Shown here: piece by piece, positions 1-14,520 of the stretch | How the letters are laid out: every line of letters starts with the position of its first letter | How positions within the stretch are numbered: position 1 is the stretch's first letter | Source of the DNA: Kudoa neothunni | Taxonomy: Eukaryota; Animalia; Cnidaria | DNA: 64,000 nucleotides | Assembly (NCBI GenBank): GCA_964304625.1 | Contig: OZ199840.1 | Span: 8,999,209 to 9,063,208 of the forward strand | Direction: 5' to 3' | Notes under the pieces: generated by a model | The model's input: only the letters and a program-made list of their open reading frames with translations | Database searches by the model: none | Told to the model about the DNA's origin: nothing | Program-made: the position numbers and the translations under genes

Positions 1-1896
1 ATAGTTGCTGTGAGACATTTCATCATATCAATTATAGAAGTCCTAAATGACCTCTGAAGAAAAAAGAACTAAATTTTCTCTCTAATTCGAAAAAATTAAT
101 ATCGTTTTCGATCATTTTTAGAATTGGAAATTGATTCGTATATGTCCTATTTTTGTCAAAATATGACAAAAACCAAAATTAGTGATTTTTTCAAAAATTG
201 AAACTAGCAATTTTATTCCTAAATTCCAAACACAAGGGAATATATAATTATTATGCGCCTGCGCGAAAATATGAGAAATTGATTCTGGATCGATTTTACA
301 CACTTTTTTCATGGTTGGGGAGGGATTGTGCAAAATCAATTACCTACTGTATGATATAATGTGTAAGTTTGCGAATAAGCTTTGAAGAAATATTCTCATA
401 GGAAATTAAAAATAAGTCAAGTTGTTTATTATTTAAAAAGTTTTTAAATTGCCAACATGTAATTGGAAAAACAATGCATTTAATACATTAATTCTGAGAT
501 CGGCAATAACGAGCTAGCGGACCAAATTTTTCCCGGGAGATTTACTCATCAACCCTGCGATGGGGATCAGTGATATAGTTTATTATTTTCTGTTAGACAG
601 AATTTGTATTATTTTCCTAATTTTCCTAATTGATCTTTTCAATATGTAAAAACACTTTATAGCAATATAAATGAAATTAAATATTAAGCTACCTTTTTAT
701 AAATATACATTTGTCAAAAAACAAAATAAATCCCCAAATCAGATTTCATACTTATTTTTACTTAATGTGATATATGGAAACGTTTAGTTATCGTTTTTAA
801 CGCTTTAGAATAATCATTTAAGTATACGAAATATTAAATCCAATATAATATTTTTGAAAATCAATTATATAAAACTAACCATTTCCTCATAAAAATGTCA
901 AACTGTCGTTATTTTTTTAGCAATCCAATGGAAATATATTCTTTTAAAGTTCAAAATTTTAATTTTACTAAGCTAATTTTCAATTATTTTCCGAGAAAGT
1001 CATTACATTTAAAGATTTATATAGATTTATATATATTCTGACCCACCTTCTTTCTGACTTAGCACGCATGAATAACCGAATAACCGGCGGGGCAATCTAA
1101 TGGGGTTTCCGACCCCTACACTAATTAATAAGTATTGAATCATTTATATCATGTTTTCTTACAATTTTAGATTGTAAAACTAATATTGTATGAAGATGAG
1201 AGATGTAAAATTTAATTCATAATTTTTAAATAGAGAAAATATTTTTCGTAGTTGTATTTTGTAGAATTTTCGATTAATTTCTATGTAAAATATAAATTAA
1301 TAAATGAAAATATCGTTAAAATATTTCATTTATATTAAGCGATAATATCGTTATGAAATTAGAATCAGAATTCAGAAAAATAGAGTATATGAAGCAGTTT
1401 CTTTAAATAATTTACACTATAAATAATTTTATATTGAGAAATTTATACGAATAATTTTATAATTATTAAATTTTAATATATTTAATAATTTGAGTTACTT
1501 TTTAGAAAAGACTCCTTCTTTATTTTTTTATTATTTCGTAATAATCATTTTGCTTTCGAAAATTTATTGGAAAATTTATTTAATGATCCCTCTCATAATT
1601 CAAAAGGATGTGATGAACATATACTACATAAATGGGTGTAAAAACTTGATCTCGTGACTTTATGATTCAAGACTCCACATCTCACCGCATCTGCCCAAAG
1701 TACGTTAAAAAGTTATTAGTCTTATTCTGACGAAAACCAGTAATTCACCTGAAGTACTTTACCATGTAAACAAAAATTTATTTTTTCTAATAATATCAAA
1801 TCAATCTCATTTTTAGTTATGCTGGATAAAATAATAAATAAAAACAATTTTCAAATAAATTGCTAATAAATAGCAAATAAATCAGTTGAACGTATT

Positions 1897-3003
1897 TCAA
1901 ATGACATTGCTGGGCGGTTTAGTGGCCTCATGAACCGCAACAATCCCATTGGCCCAATTTTGGTATATTACATTGTGGAAGTTGTTAGCCTCTAGCAACC
2001 TACACAGCTCATCCTGTGTATAAAACATTTGGATGCTTTCCACAAGATATTGATAAGAATCTCGATCATTGGCTACAATTTTCCCCATCAAAGGTATCAC
2101 ATTATTGCTATAGAATTTGTACAAACTAAATTAATGGTTAGAGATTAAAAAATTGAGCATAATCTTAAAAATTAACCCGGAAACCATGAAATTGGTTGGA
2201 TGAGAGAACTCAAGTATGAGCAATCTACCGTTGGGTTTTAGGACTCGATTCAGTTCTTTAAGCACCTTAAAAATAAATATAAATTAATAAATTAACAGAA
2301 TACAACTACTGTGGGGACATTAGACATATTTCTTAGTCCAAAAGAGACAGTAACTGTGTGAAAAGTATTGTCGGCAAACGGCATCTGTTCGGCATTGGAT
2401 ATCACCCAATCAATTCCAGCCTCATTCAGTTTAAGTTCTTTCATTCGATATTTACCATATTCAATCATTTTCTCTGACACATCACACACAGTGACAATAG
2501 GGGATGAATCATGAGAGTTGTTGGATAGAAATCCCTTGTACATGTCTTGGGTTGTGTTGGCATCATTAAGAATTTTGAGAGCCAAACGATCAACAATTCT
2601 AAATGCAATATCACCTAAAATAATTAAAATAGAAAATCCGCATACATAATAAATTAAATCACCTGTCCCCCCTGCAAGATCCAAAATTTTCTGCCCAAAT
2701 TGTGGATCAACAACCTCATTAACAAAAGTATTTTTCCATATACGATGAACACCAAGCGACATAAAATCATTCATTGTATCATAATACGTGGATACTTTAT
2801 TAAATAATCGATTCACTAGATTTAATCCAATAAAAACAAAGGGCTGTATTAATTATACCCATTTGTTGACGCTCGCCCTTTTTAACAGACCTATACCCGA
2901 AATATTCATTCGAATCGGGCGATGGATGTGTATTTGTGCACATTAAGCGATATTTGTTTTCAAATTTTAAATTTCTAGATTTCGAAGCAACTCGTGATAG
3001 CAT
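1897..3003 (-). CDS. COQ5: Ubiquinone biosynthesis C-methyltransferase (COQ5/UbiE family), 5 exons
   Basis: Motifs YFGYRSV, YDTMNDFMSLGVHRIWK, ILDLAGGTGD-IAF, NAEQMPFADNTF, SFGLRN, RVLKPNGRLLILEFS and SYQYLVESI. GT-AG introns at 2816-2858 (43 nt), 2615-2662 (48), 2266-2309 (44) and 2126-2176 (51) join the ORF fragments into one frame. The basic N-terminus resembles a mitochondrial transit peptide. Confidence 0.96.
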
Positions 3004-3821
3004 TTGATTTGTAATCCGCGCTTGCGCAGTGTAGTGATTGAAAAATACTTTTGCTGTTCTTAATTTTATTTCTCACCAAAATGGTTAAATAATATAATTT
3101 ATCACTAAGATAAATAGTGGAGAACACTTTTTACGAATAAAATTATTGTGTATTTTTTTAAAAATATGTTGGAAAAAAATTTAACGTAAAGTAATTTTAT
3201 AAAAAGGATTGAGATATACCCACAGAAAACTTATTGTTGAATAATTATAAAATTATCCAGATCATCCATTAATTCTAGTAAACGATACAATGACCTCCAG
3301 GTAATCACTGATATTTTATTGGCGGTAAAATATTCACAAATACTAATAAAAAAAAGAAATGACTGTTGGTACGGTAAATATTATTCAGGTGGCATTAGTT
3401 TTGACTACATTTAGTTATTCTAGGCTATTAAGAACGAAAAAGTGAGTCAGAAATATGTAATTTAGCAGAATCTACGAAAATAAATTTGTATATAGTTGGT
3501 TAGTAGGAATTTTAATGATTTAAAATATTCATCTCTCAACCATGCATGCTATTTAGGACAAGATGTCAAATGAGACTATGGGAAAAAATCCAAGGTTGAA
3601 CTCTTAAAAACTCCAAGGTTTGGTGAAGAAACCACAATAATTTTATTAGAATAATGAAATTTTTATTTTAAACGCGTTTTCTAATTATTGTCGTCAATCT
3701 ATTCGACTTCATCGTATTCACAATCCTCAGTTAGGAAGTTTGATCTATTTTTTCAAGCGCTCAAGGTATCGTTGGCTCACGTCATACATTAGTTTATTTG
3801 TTGGATGAGACGTCAAACACC

Positions 3822-3852
<31 letters not shown>

Positions 3853-3862
3853 GTTATTATTA
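3822..3862. repeat. (TAT)n microsatellite
   Basis: Direct reading; one TGT interruption. Confidence 0.9.
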
Positions 3863-3947
3863 CTTCTGATTAATTGATCTGTGAGAAGTTTATATTTTAG
3901 AGTTTCAACCTTTAATGGGTTTGTTTAGTTTATACTGCTTTCATTAA

Positions 3948-4978
3948 CCCTTTAAGAATTTTGGGGTGTAAGTCACCCCCAAACAAGTATTAATCCTATC
4001 ATATATTCTTTCATTGTTTTTAATGTGTATGAAATTATTGCTATAAATATAAATTTTAAATAAAATTTATGAGTGTTGGGTTTTTAATAAAAATATAGGA
4101 AGTTATTAAAAATTAAAAAAACACCCTCCAAAGTTTTTGGAATGAAATTCATCCCGGCATAATTTTTACTTAATTATTCATCCAAAAATGTGTTTATTGA
4201 TCAAAATGAATTCAATCTTAGCTGGTTTTATTAAAAAAATAAATTCAGTTAGAAATTATAATAAAATACACCGTAGTTACATATTTTCCTTTTGTACGTT
4301 ACCGATGAATTAATGACTTATGTCGTATAATGTTTTACGAATAAGTTTATCACAATTTCTTAGTTAAATTGACTTAACAAAACTCTAAGGTTAATTTCAC
4401 CCCAATTTCTTCGGAGATAGTTTACTTTTTGATACATTATAGCAGATTCTCAACAGTTTTTTCAAATTTACCCCCTTAACTTGGAAGCCAAATTCATATT
4501 TATCCTAAGGTTTTACGAAAGTTAAGCTATAGCAGAAGCTACTTGAGGGGTAAATTCTGATCCTAAATAACACGTAAGCTTGCATAATGATAATTTTTAA
4601 TCCTATCAACTCTTACCCACAAACTGTACACAGATTTAATTTTTTAGATTTCGCTAAACAAAATTGTTTCTTTCCAAATCCTCCATTCTAAGAGACTTGA
4701 ATAATTAAAAATAGTTAAAACTAATGTCATTTGAATATTATTATTTTTTTTATTAGGTTACACCACTAAAAGATAAATGTGATATAAAACAAAGAGACAG
4801 AATATTTTTATAGGTAGCTGTTAAAAAAAATTTAAATAATTATTACTTAATTATTATTGAGTTTATAGCCTTGAATAATATGATTACTTCGAAATCGGGA
4901 AGTACGTCACAAACCCGTATTCCAGAAATTCTCCCTATCTAATTTTGATGTTATTTAATTTACCCCTAAATTCGAGGG
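3948..4978. mobile_element. Non-autonomous piggyBac-like element (~1.03 kb)
   Basis: TTAA at 3944-3947 and 4979-4982. Ends CCCTTTAAGAATTTTGGGGTGTAA and TTACCCCTAAATTCGAGGG form imperfect inverted repeats. Internal GGGGTAAATT/AATTTACCCC motifs; no ORF. Confidence 0.7.
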
Positions 4979-6674
4979 TTAATGAAAAAATTCGTTAAAC
5001 ATTTTCAGTTTCTGGAATTTTTGTCTTTAGCATATTGCTCAAATTAATCTTTAAAATCATCTACTTTTAACCTATCTTGATTGAAGCGCATATTATCCCA
5101 CGGATACTTTTCAATAATATAAATCAATGACTTCAAGATAAGTTATTAAAAAAACTAGAAAATTTTATGATACAATTGAAATACCTAAACACAATCACAG
5201 AATAATAAGAAAAATTGGTTAAATAACAATTATCCAAGGGTTGGAATACAGCGCGTTGCCTCCGATCATGAGACCTTTTTTAAATTTCGAATAATTATAA
5301 TTCTCTTCATTATTAAAACAATAAATATGATTATTTTGTCTAATTCTAAAACTTCTTATTTAAAACCAATCTCAAAGGATTCAATAATCTACAAGTTTTG
5401 TAAATAAATAAAAAACCCCCCAAGAACCCAAGGTTATTCGAAAAATCCCAAGATCTTAGGGTAAACCCCAACGTTTGGACGCCCTGGTTTAGGAAAATAA
5501 TTTAGTGTGATAAAGAAGTTTCATGTTCTGTCATATCTATTAATAGTTTATATACAATAATTATAACATTTTATAATCGGCACATTCTTTCGTAATGAAC
5601 GTATGAAAAATAAATATAATATTTCAACAGAAATACGTATTATTAAAAAAGGATCATTCCACATTACCGACTCTACAACAAAAACCGCTATATCATATGA
5701 CTAATGGCGAAAATATTTGAACTTGATATATTATTAAAATCGAAATTACTAAATAAATAGATTTTAAAAGTATTAGTTGCCTATTGTAGATTCATATATT
5801 CAAATAGTATTATACTAAAAAAGAGTGTAGATTGGAACGTGAGTAAACCGGGTACTGACTATATTATATTAAAAAATTTCTTTATGAATGTTTCTGATTA
5901 AAAAACGGAAAATTAATAAAAATGTCGATTTTAGACTTTATAGTACAGAGACGTGTTGTCAATTGATCGCGATTTTTATAAAAAAATTTAACAGAACGTT
6001 ATTTATTTATTTAAAAAATAATATTATGTTAATTCATAGGTTAGAAACTTTAGTTTCCCATTTTCTAATAGGGATTTGACTCCTAATATTTAAAAGGATC
6101 AAATGACAATTTTTTAGAGCCATCGGCATAATTCAGTTAGGGGTTAATTGTTAAAAATTCGAACGAATTTTTTTCATTTAAAAATAAATTTCTATCTTTG
6201 GGGAAGGAAATAATGGATGTATTATTTTTTTCCAATTTAATAATCCATTATGACTGGTACTGTTCAATTACTAATCAACAACCCTATATTTTAGACTTTT
6301 ACATTTAGAGTCTGAAAACGAAGCCACTCACTCCATCGTTACTTATTATCAAATCAAAACTAACTCTCACCTCGGAATTAACCACGCAAATCCAAATTAT
6401 TAATACACTTTTAGTAGTCATTTTTTACTGAATTATATAAAAATATATTTAAAAATAACTCGATTTATAAGAAATTAAACTTTATTTAATGATAAATAGA
6501 ACAAACTGTTATTTGTCTACTTCACAAAAACTCGTAGAGCTAAAGCGAGATGACGAATATCTAATTAGAAAATGCATGCAACTATACTTGATAACGACTC
6601 CGCACTTATAGACCATTAGGATAATATTAATAAAAAATTAATTGGTTTAGATCAAATAATAACACGATCTAACT

Positions 6675-7580
6675 TTATTCAAATTCTAAATTATCATTTC
6701 TCTTTTTTATTAGTTTATAGATTATGACGAATAATATTATTGCCCCAACTACTGAGGCGATTACAATCCCCGCAATAGCGCCAGCAGAAAGAGGCTTTGT
6801 GTCTTTATTTTCATCGGTTACTTCCTTATCAGGGGATTTCGTACTCGTTTCATCTCCTCCAGTTTTATCAGATTGAGTTGTATCAGAGGGACTGGTTTCT
6901 TTGTCTGGAGTAGTGATCGTTTCTTCAGTAGTAATAGTGGTTAGAGTAGTAACAATAGTCGGAATAGTAACAGTGGTTGGAGTAGTAACAGTGGTTGGAG
7001 TAGTAACAGTGGTTGGAGTAGTAACAGTGGTTGGAGTAGTAACAGTGGTTGGAGTAGTAACAGTGGTCGGAGTAGTAACAGTGGTTGGAGTAGTATCAGT
7101 AGTGGAAATTTCGTCGGTTGAACCTAAGGGAATATACTCGATGATATGGACAGGAGTATACACGTTCATACCATGGAAAGTTTCGCCTGTGTTACTAATG
7201 GAATTTGCTGCCTCAATATCATTATCCAAAATCCTCTCATGTTTTGGAATAAGCCCAATAAATATATTAGTGGGGGTGGTTTCGGTCAGGTTGTTCTTCT
7301 TGGTTATCATTGAAGCTACTTCCTCATTATCGGTACTAGCTGATTGCTAATTATTTATATGGTTCCAATTAGATTTTGATATCAGCTATTGTATTTGTTA
7401 AGTTTGATTGTATTACCTTAACATCGTGAGTTATTTTGTAATTATTTGTTTGGTCTGGATTGTTGGGAATTTTGGCTAGAGCGATACTCTATTTAACTAT
7501 TATTAAGGAATCAAAATAAAGTATACAGTAAATTTTTCTTTTTGAAGAATCAAAAGAAAGCATATAATCACTGTAATCAT
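6675..7580 (-). CDS. Mucin-like type I membrane protein 1 (signal peptide, TTPTTV stalk, TM, short tail)
   Basis: Exon 1 MITVIICFLLILQKEKFT (ATG 7580), a 38-nt phase-0 intron, exon 2 SIALAKIP..HDVK and a ~70-nt intron lead into ORF 6675-7310. Possible extra 48-nt intron at 7124-7171. TM LSAGAIAGIVIASVVGAIILFVIIY followed by KLIKKR. Confidence 0.85.
6950..7100 (-). repeat. 18-nt coding tandem repeat (TTPTTV, about 8 copies)
   Basis: GGAGTAGTAACAGTGGTT repeated on the + strand. Confidence 0.95.
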
Positions 7581-8172
7581 TTTATGATGGCTTACGTACT
7601 AATCGTAGAGTGTAAGAAACCCTAAGACAACAAATAATCCTCCTACGAGTAGATTGAAGTACACCCAAAAAATTTTCGCACCTTTGAGAAATTTTTAATT
7701 GCAAAACGGAATCCGATGTAAACATTTAACTAATATTTTAAATAAAATATGGGCTTAAAAGGGGAATATTTTAAAGGCCAGGTTTTAAAAAATGTCATCC
7801 AACGTAAAAACACCTGTGTGAGCTTATATTATTATGCTCTCCCATAAAGATCATCTTTTCATCTATCTTTTGAATGTTAATCACACATTCATTTTATATA
7901 ATGAAAATAATTTGATTAAAGTTTCATTTTAAGATATATTTCTATGGAGAGGAAAATTAAAACGAGGTCAATAATGCGATTAAAATTTCTACTCTCTAAG
8001 AATGTTCTGAGTAATGTCAATAAATTGATTTACTATTTGATCACTCCAAAATCTATCAATGTGAAACTTTCAAAAATATATAAGAATGATGGTTCTACTA
8101 GAAGTGAGTCTTAACTTGATAGAATTTTGGACAATTATGTTATTCTGAATGGATTACTCGAAATAAAAAATA

Positions 8173-11169
8173 GGAAGTGGCTGTATCTCAGGTAACTGAT
8201 AATCCGGTCGGCCTCAGGCTATATCTCAGATAATCAATATCTCTAAAACCACTCAATATTGTATGCCCATATTCCACATATCATCTAATGTTTATCTAAC
8301 TTAATTTTTCGTAAAGCTTTGAAAAATTAAAAAAAAATATATTTTTTCTTTGTGTGACCATACACAAATCCAACAGCAGCTGGGCACGATTTTTTATTTT
8401 TTTAATATAATTTCATCAATTAGCATCATTATACACAAAATACAGAAATAATAATAAATTTCTGAGTTATCTGTAACTTGAGAGCGCAATTTTTCTTTCT
8501 AAATTAGCTTGGCACAGAATGAGTTCAAATATGTTTGCGATTGGAAAACGATTTCATTCTTTCGAAGAACTCGATAATGCTATAAAAAATTACGAAGAGT
8601 CAAACTTATGCAATCTTTATAAATATCAAGCGAGGGCTATTTCGAATATTCGAAATAGAATTACAAAATCAATTAACCAATCTCTGCGGTATTATGAAAT
8701 TACATATCGTTGTATTTTCAGTGGCATGAATAAAACAAAATCCGATGGAATTAGAAAGAAACCGGTATTAATGGGAAACTGCCCCGTGGTTTTATCTCTT
8801 AGGACCTCTGTTGATGGTGTAGCACTTGAAGTACGTTCTGGTATATTAGAACATAATCATGATTTAAGTTCAGTGCTATATCGAAATCTCCCAAAACAAC
8901 GAAAAATTGACCTAAATGACCCAAATCTCGTGGAATTAATTCACTTTAAGGTCAATAAAAAATTAATTCAAAGTAAAATTTACAACGAAACGGGTAAAAA
9001 CATCCGTTTGAAGTCCATCCACAATATTAGAGCAAACAAAGACTCATTCTGTGAAAACCTATATGTAATAGAGAAAATGTTGAAAGAAGATTTCAATTGT
9101 TGCGTTAAGATTTTATATGATAAACATAAAGTCGTTAATTGTTAATGGAATTTTTTTCGCTGACGACCAAATGAAATCATTTTTGGAATTTTATCCTGAG
9201 GTTATGTTCATTGATGCAACTTATAAACTCCTTAATTCGGGGTAACTTTTGCAAATGGATGAATAATTTTATAATATTAGGGCTCCGTTATACATATATT
9301 CTGGGGAGGTTCTTTTGATTTGACTCATATTTCGAGTGCCTGCATTCTCTACGAAGAGACGGAAGATTCCATCCAATGGTTTTGTAATACTTTGGCAGAA
9401 TTGATACCAAACTTATCAAAAAATGTACATACCATTGTTACAGACAAGGATGAAAAGCTAAGAAAATGTCTCAAATTAAGTTTTCCACAATCATCATCCA
9501 TTTTATGTAAATTTCATGTGAATCAAATTTTTCAAAGACATCGCCGTTAACAAATTTGAAATATTTTCTACTAAAAGACAAGAGATTTTAAGTTGTTTAC
9601 AAAAAATGATGTACCCGACTGACTACAATAAATATTTACATTACGTTGACCAGATTCACGATTTTAAAAATCCCAAATTAAGTGAATACTTCAAAAGAAA
9701 TTGGGAAGAAATATACAATGAATGGGTTATTGGTATTAGCAACACGAAAAATTTTTACGACAACGAATCCAATAATCGCCTTGAGGTAATAAATTCCAAA
9801 ATTAAAAGTGTTGTCCAAAAATTCAGCTCGTTGGACAACTTCATCCAAGGTTTTTTTTAAATTCTAAGTTCACTTAGAATTGAAAGGGAAGTTTCTTCAA
9901 TTGGTCAACTGTATTATGAATCAAACGAGATTCTCAACAACAAGCAGGTTCTACACTATAAAGAATGTCTGACGAAGTATGCGTTTATCATGCTTCAAAA
10001 AGAACATAAATTCTTGAACAATGCTGCATTATCCTCTAACTCAAATGAAACCACAAGTCGATCAACGTGTCTTTGTTTATTTTATCGCTCATTTTCATTA
10101 CCATGTCGCCATATTCTAAGCTATAGGTTATCAGAAAAACTTCCGTTATTCTGTGAAACATTGTGCAATGATCGATGGAGAAAGGCATATGGAATGAAGT
10201 TTTTAAATGCGGAATCTACAACTCAAAATAATACAGAAATTCTTCCTACTGTTGTTCTTGAAAAAAAAATTAACATAAAGACATTTGGACAAAAGTTGAA
10301 GTACGTGTCAAATTTTACAACCAAACTAGCCAACTTAACGTCCGAATTTTTCGAAAAATCAATAAATCTATTGGAAAAAATTATTAAAAGTCACGATGTC
10401 ATGGTTATCGATCAGTTCCTTGATACATGTGATTTTTGTTTATAAATGAAATATTAAATTTTATATAATTAAAGATGAAACTGAATTTCAAGAAAACATA
10501 TAAAATTTATAATTTGACTTTAACTAATAAAAATTAGGGGTCATTGATAAATTTAATAGAAATATCACTTACCAAAATACCAAAACTCAATTCCAGTGAT
10601 GATTTTGTTTCTCTGGAAGAACAAATTGATTGTAACGATGAATCAAACGTCATCTTATGAGAACCTCAATTAAAAGGTTAAACTTAATAAAAATATGTTA
10701 AATTTTGTTTAGATCTAGCGATTCCTTCGAAAGTTAAATCGATTGGTCGACCACGGGGAAGTCGTTTAACTGCAATCAGAATTATAAAGAAAAAGAAATA
10801 AAATTAAATATATAAAAAAATTTAATTTTGAGAATAATTCCCTACATATGTCATATGAAAACTGTTTTATTGAGTGATCGCTTAAACCAATATTTAAATC
10901 CATTATTATTTTATTTCATATAACGTGAAGAATATTAATTTCTTAAAAAAAGACAAACATTATTATTATTTCTATATTTTTTGTATAATGATGCTAATTG
11001 ATGAAATTATATTAAAAAAATAAAAAATCGTATCCAGCTGCTGTTGGACTTGTGTATGGTTACACAAATAAAAAATTAAGTTAGATAAACACTAGATGAT
11101 ATGTGGAATATGGGAAAACATTATTGAGTAGTTTTAGAGATATTGATTACCTGAGATATTGCCACTACT
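8173..11169 (+). mobile_element. Full-length Mutator-like (MULE, SWIM-type) DNA transposon, 2,997 bp
   Basis: Long TIRs (about 8173-8457 vs 10960-11169) and an exact 9-bp TSD TAAAAAATA at 8164-8172 and 11170-11178. Confidence 0.93.
8519..10801 (+). pseudogene. Disrupted MULE transposase
   Basis: FAR1-like N-terminus (F.SFEE..; C..C..HNH), DDE core (FIDATY, TIVTDKD, LCKFH, NNRLE..N), SWIM finger CLC..PCRH and C-terminal GRPRG. Frameshifts near 9140, 9545 and 9855. Short introns at 9242-9280 and 10677-10712. Confidence 0.88.
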
Positions 11170-11576
11170 TAAAAAATATGTCGTTTCAAATTATAAATAC
11201 AAAGCAGCTAAATATTCAAAATTTGTCACTCCAAATAAATATATTCTTAACTAATGTGATATGTTTTAAATTAGTTCTTCAGTTAATATAAATTCAGTCC
11301 AACATTAGCATTACCTGTCAAAATGTTTTTATTAGTGTTTAATTTCTTCGTACTTTCGTATCGCAGGAAATATTTTAGGTTGAACGTTAAATATTACATT
11401 TATTATATTTAATGATCAAATTTCCTTTGCTTTAACCTTTAGTTGATGAAGCATAATCTCCCGAGTAAAAATTGTTCAAAAAATATTATGAACCTTATGG
11501 AGATGGAGATATAAACATAGTTTCTGAGTAAGCCCCTCTATCATTGCCTAAGTTTTCCCTAAAAATATGTTATAAT

Positions 11577-12176
11577 TAGAGGTCGTAATCTTCGACGACT
11601 ATTTTTAAAAATTTCGACGTTTATTTTAAAAACTAACGTAAGTGCACATAAAACTTTATTATCAAGATAATTGTCAATTAAATAAACATAAATATACTTT
11701 TTTATAAAATTATCCCTTAGAATATAATATTCAAGGCATTCTCATTCGTTCAAACACTAGGTTCATTGTACAACTTTTTAGAAAATGCTTTAATTTTGAG
11801 AAACTTCTTCCCACGGCTGTGGATGATACCGATGTATGCATCAAATCTTGGCCTACCTTAGATAATATGAAATATTACGATTTGCTTATTCACTAAAATC
11901 CAGGACCTAACATTTTATCTCTGTATGGAGTGAAATTTTTAACAACTCTTACTGTGGAATTTCTCGTTAATTGACGTTACCAAATTTTGGTGTATATTTT
12001 AGATCAATTTCCTCATATTAATCTGTTTATTTGGCTATAAAATTGTCAATTCGTTTTCTTTTTCTCTACATAATAAAAATAATAATGAACGAATTATCTC
12101 TATTGTAACCATAAAATGTAGAAATATTGAAAAAAAATCGACGTTTATTGATTTTAATCGAAAATTACAACCTCTA
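11577..12176 (-). mobile_element. Internally deleted hAT element (600 bp)
   Basis: TIRs TAGAGGTCGTAATCTTCGA and TAGAGGTTGTAATTTTCGA; 8-bp TSD GTTATAAT/ATTATAAT. Minus-strand remnant SVSSTAVGRSFSKLK resembles the hAT dimerisation domain (about 11760-11850). Confidence 0.8.
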
Positions 12177-13289
12177 ATTATAATCCAAAACAGATATATA
12201 ATATAAGAAAATCTATGGGGGAAAACTATAACTATCCTATCATTAAATCATTAATCATTACTGATCTGGTTTGATATCATTCAGCAATAATCAGTACAAA
12301 TTCTTAATGACTCAACTTTAAGTTCTTATATTTCTAGCTGGTAAGAATCAACATATAAATTTTTCAGTAAACATGGTCCTACTCAAAAATACAATGATAA
12401 GATTTGATTATTCATGGACTTGGTAACGGAGGTTACTCAATCCAAATATCCTTCATTAAATTGATCTTCCGATGAATGGGGTCGATTGATTCGTTTGCCA
12501 AGGATTACGGTATTGATAGAGGGAATTTACACCTGTATGATAAAATCATAATCAAAACCATGTGAACATTTTAATAAAGAAAATAAGCAATGTTTCTAAA
12601 TATTTTAAGTCCTTTTTATATTAAAACAAAATAAAGATATGGCAGTTAAAATTTATTAGCAATCTCAGGGTATGTAACCTCCGGAAAAATCTGTGTGAAT
12701 ATTTTGCATTAACATGCTTAGGAAATTTATTTCATTAAAAAATAATTATAAGGATCAAAAATCGCAAGCTATATTTTAAATAAAATCTATGCCGAATTTG
12801 AGCAAATTCGGGTGTAAGTTTTTCAGTCATAATCCAAAGATCATTAAAAATCACCAATCGAAAATAAACGCTAAAATTTGTTGTGTGTTATATATATATT
12901 GACTTGACCATTCATCTTTTTGACCACTTTATTCAAAAAAGTCTTATTTAATATTTAACCTCCGGATATATGGAACTTTTTACCCCTTAATTACCGAACA
13001 ATCAAAAATTTTAGATATTATAAGAATGTTTTAATAAAGAATTCGTAAAATATAAGAACCGCTATAATATTTCAACTTTTAAGTTAAAAAAAATTAAGCT
13101 TTGATGAGAAAAGTCTAGAACGTTTTCATGAGGGAAATATGTTTATGTACTCATATACTTAGACATGGAAAACAGGTTTTTTCATTTGGTCTTAACTTAT
13201 TACACTCCATAAGATAAGCGAATTAATCTCCAAAATTAGAATTTTTTGTACTATAGAAAAATTCATGAAACTCAAAAACCATAAAAATA

Positions 13290-14520
13290 TCATAACGATT
13301 GGATAAATTAACTGATGTGCCCAATTGTAGTCAACTGATAGTTTTAGTCCGCTAGGCTAATTCAGATGATATCGGAAAAGAATTTCTCTTTAGTAAACAT
13401 CAAACAACAACAACTACTACTGAGAGGTATATTCGCAACATTACCCGTAGTTTTTATGAATGAAACTGCATTCTTCTACAAGTTATTGGTTCCATTTTTA
13501 TTGATTGTGTTCCTATTATAGCAGGAAATCGGTGTGGATTTGTTATTCTGGAGAGAAATTAAATTCTAGATTTTGTTGTTACTCGACATAACTTTTGTCG
13601 ACAAGCTGTCGGGACGAAAATTATGTCAATAACATTGAGAAAGGTTATGGAATCCTGTGTCAAATTTGCGAGCTTTATCAAAGAAAGATCATTAATTTAA
13701 AGACTTTTCATAGCATTGTGAGGTGACTTTGGTAAAGAAACAACTGTTTTATCATATTATACAGAAATCAGATGGTTTTTACAAGGAAAGGTTGTATCAA
13801 AGGTTTTTAAACGCAGAAATTAAATAAACGAGTTTCTTTTAGGATAAAAATTCGATCTTATAAAAATTAAAAGTTTTTCTTAAATTCTTATGCACTTGTC
13901 GGATATATTCAGTCATTTTAATTATTTGAATTGTTTCAATCAAATAATCAGAATAAATAATATATATGCTCTTTATTTATTTTAACTTTCAGAGAAAAAT
14001 TAATGCTTTGGAGATCTTGCATAAACAACCAAAATTTCAAATATTCTGTCGCTAGAGAAAGTAATTTTCATGGATAAAATTAGGGTCCATGAAGAATTAA
14101 AGTGAATATCTCTGAGCGTAATGAACGATTGAGAGACTCTTTTGATGGTTATTTCCCTTTTGAAGTACTACAAGAGTCCCAAAGTTAGTTTATCACTCAT
14201 TTCACTTTTAAGACGAAGAGTAAGAACGATGAAAATGGAAACATGGACAGTTAAATTTTGTTAGGTGATGTCATTATATAAGTAGATATTTGACTCTAGC
14301 ATGTTTGAAAAACGTTTTTTAATATCCAACCTTTACAAAAAAAATATTTAATGTATTAATTCTATTTTCGACAATTAGACTTTATGAATCTGGGGTTTCT
14401 TCTCTAATTTACCTGAAAAAAATACCGGAAGTTGCTGAATCCAGAAAACGGTTAATGCATATTTTACTCCAAAAAGCATTGTTTTGACTAAATTATAAAA
14501 TAAACAAGAAAAAAAGTTAA
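13290..14520 (+). mobile_element. Highly degenerate hAT transposase (Buster/ZBED5-like)
   Basis: Decayed motifs LDKLTDVPNCSQLIVLVR (cf. LDESTD..QL..FVR), YTEIRWFLQGKVV (cf. HTEVRWLS.GKVL) and LYESGVSSL (cf. LCESGFS); many stops. Boundaries approximate. Confidence 0.75.

Noticed and set aside
1-600. Possible 3' exons of a gene at the window start (weak resemblance of LAILFLNS.. to a nuclear-receptor ligand-binding domain), or a small RNA at 490-575
   Set aside because: No consistent spliced frame on either strand without assuming errors, and no snRNA or ribozyme consensus could be matched.
5240-5486. Possible hAT MITE ending in ..TTTGGACGCCCTG
   Set aside because: No convincing partner TIR or TSD.
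6901-7350. 149-aa Val-rich + strand ORF
   Set aside because: Antisense shadow of mucin 1.
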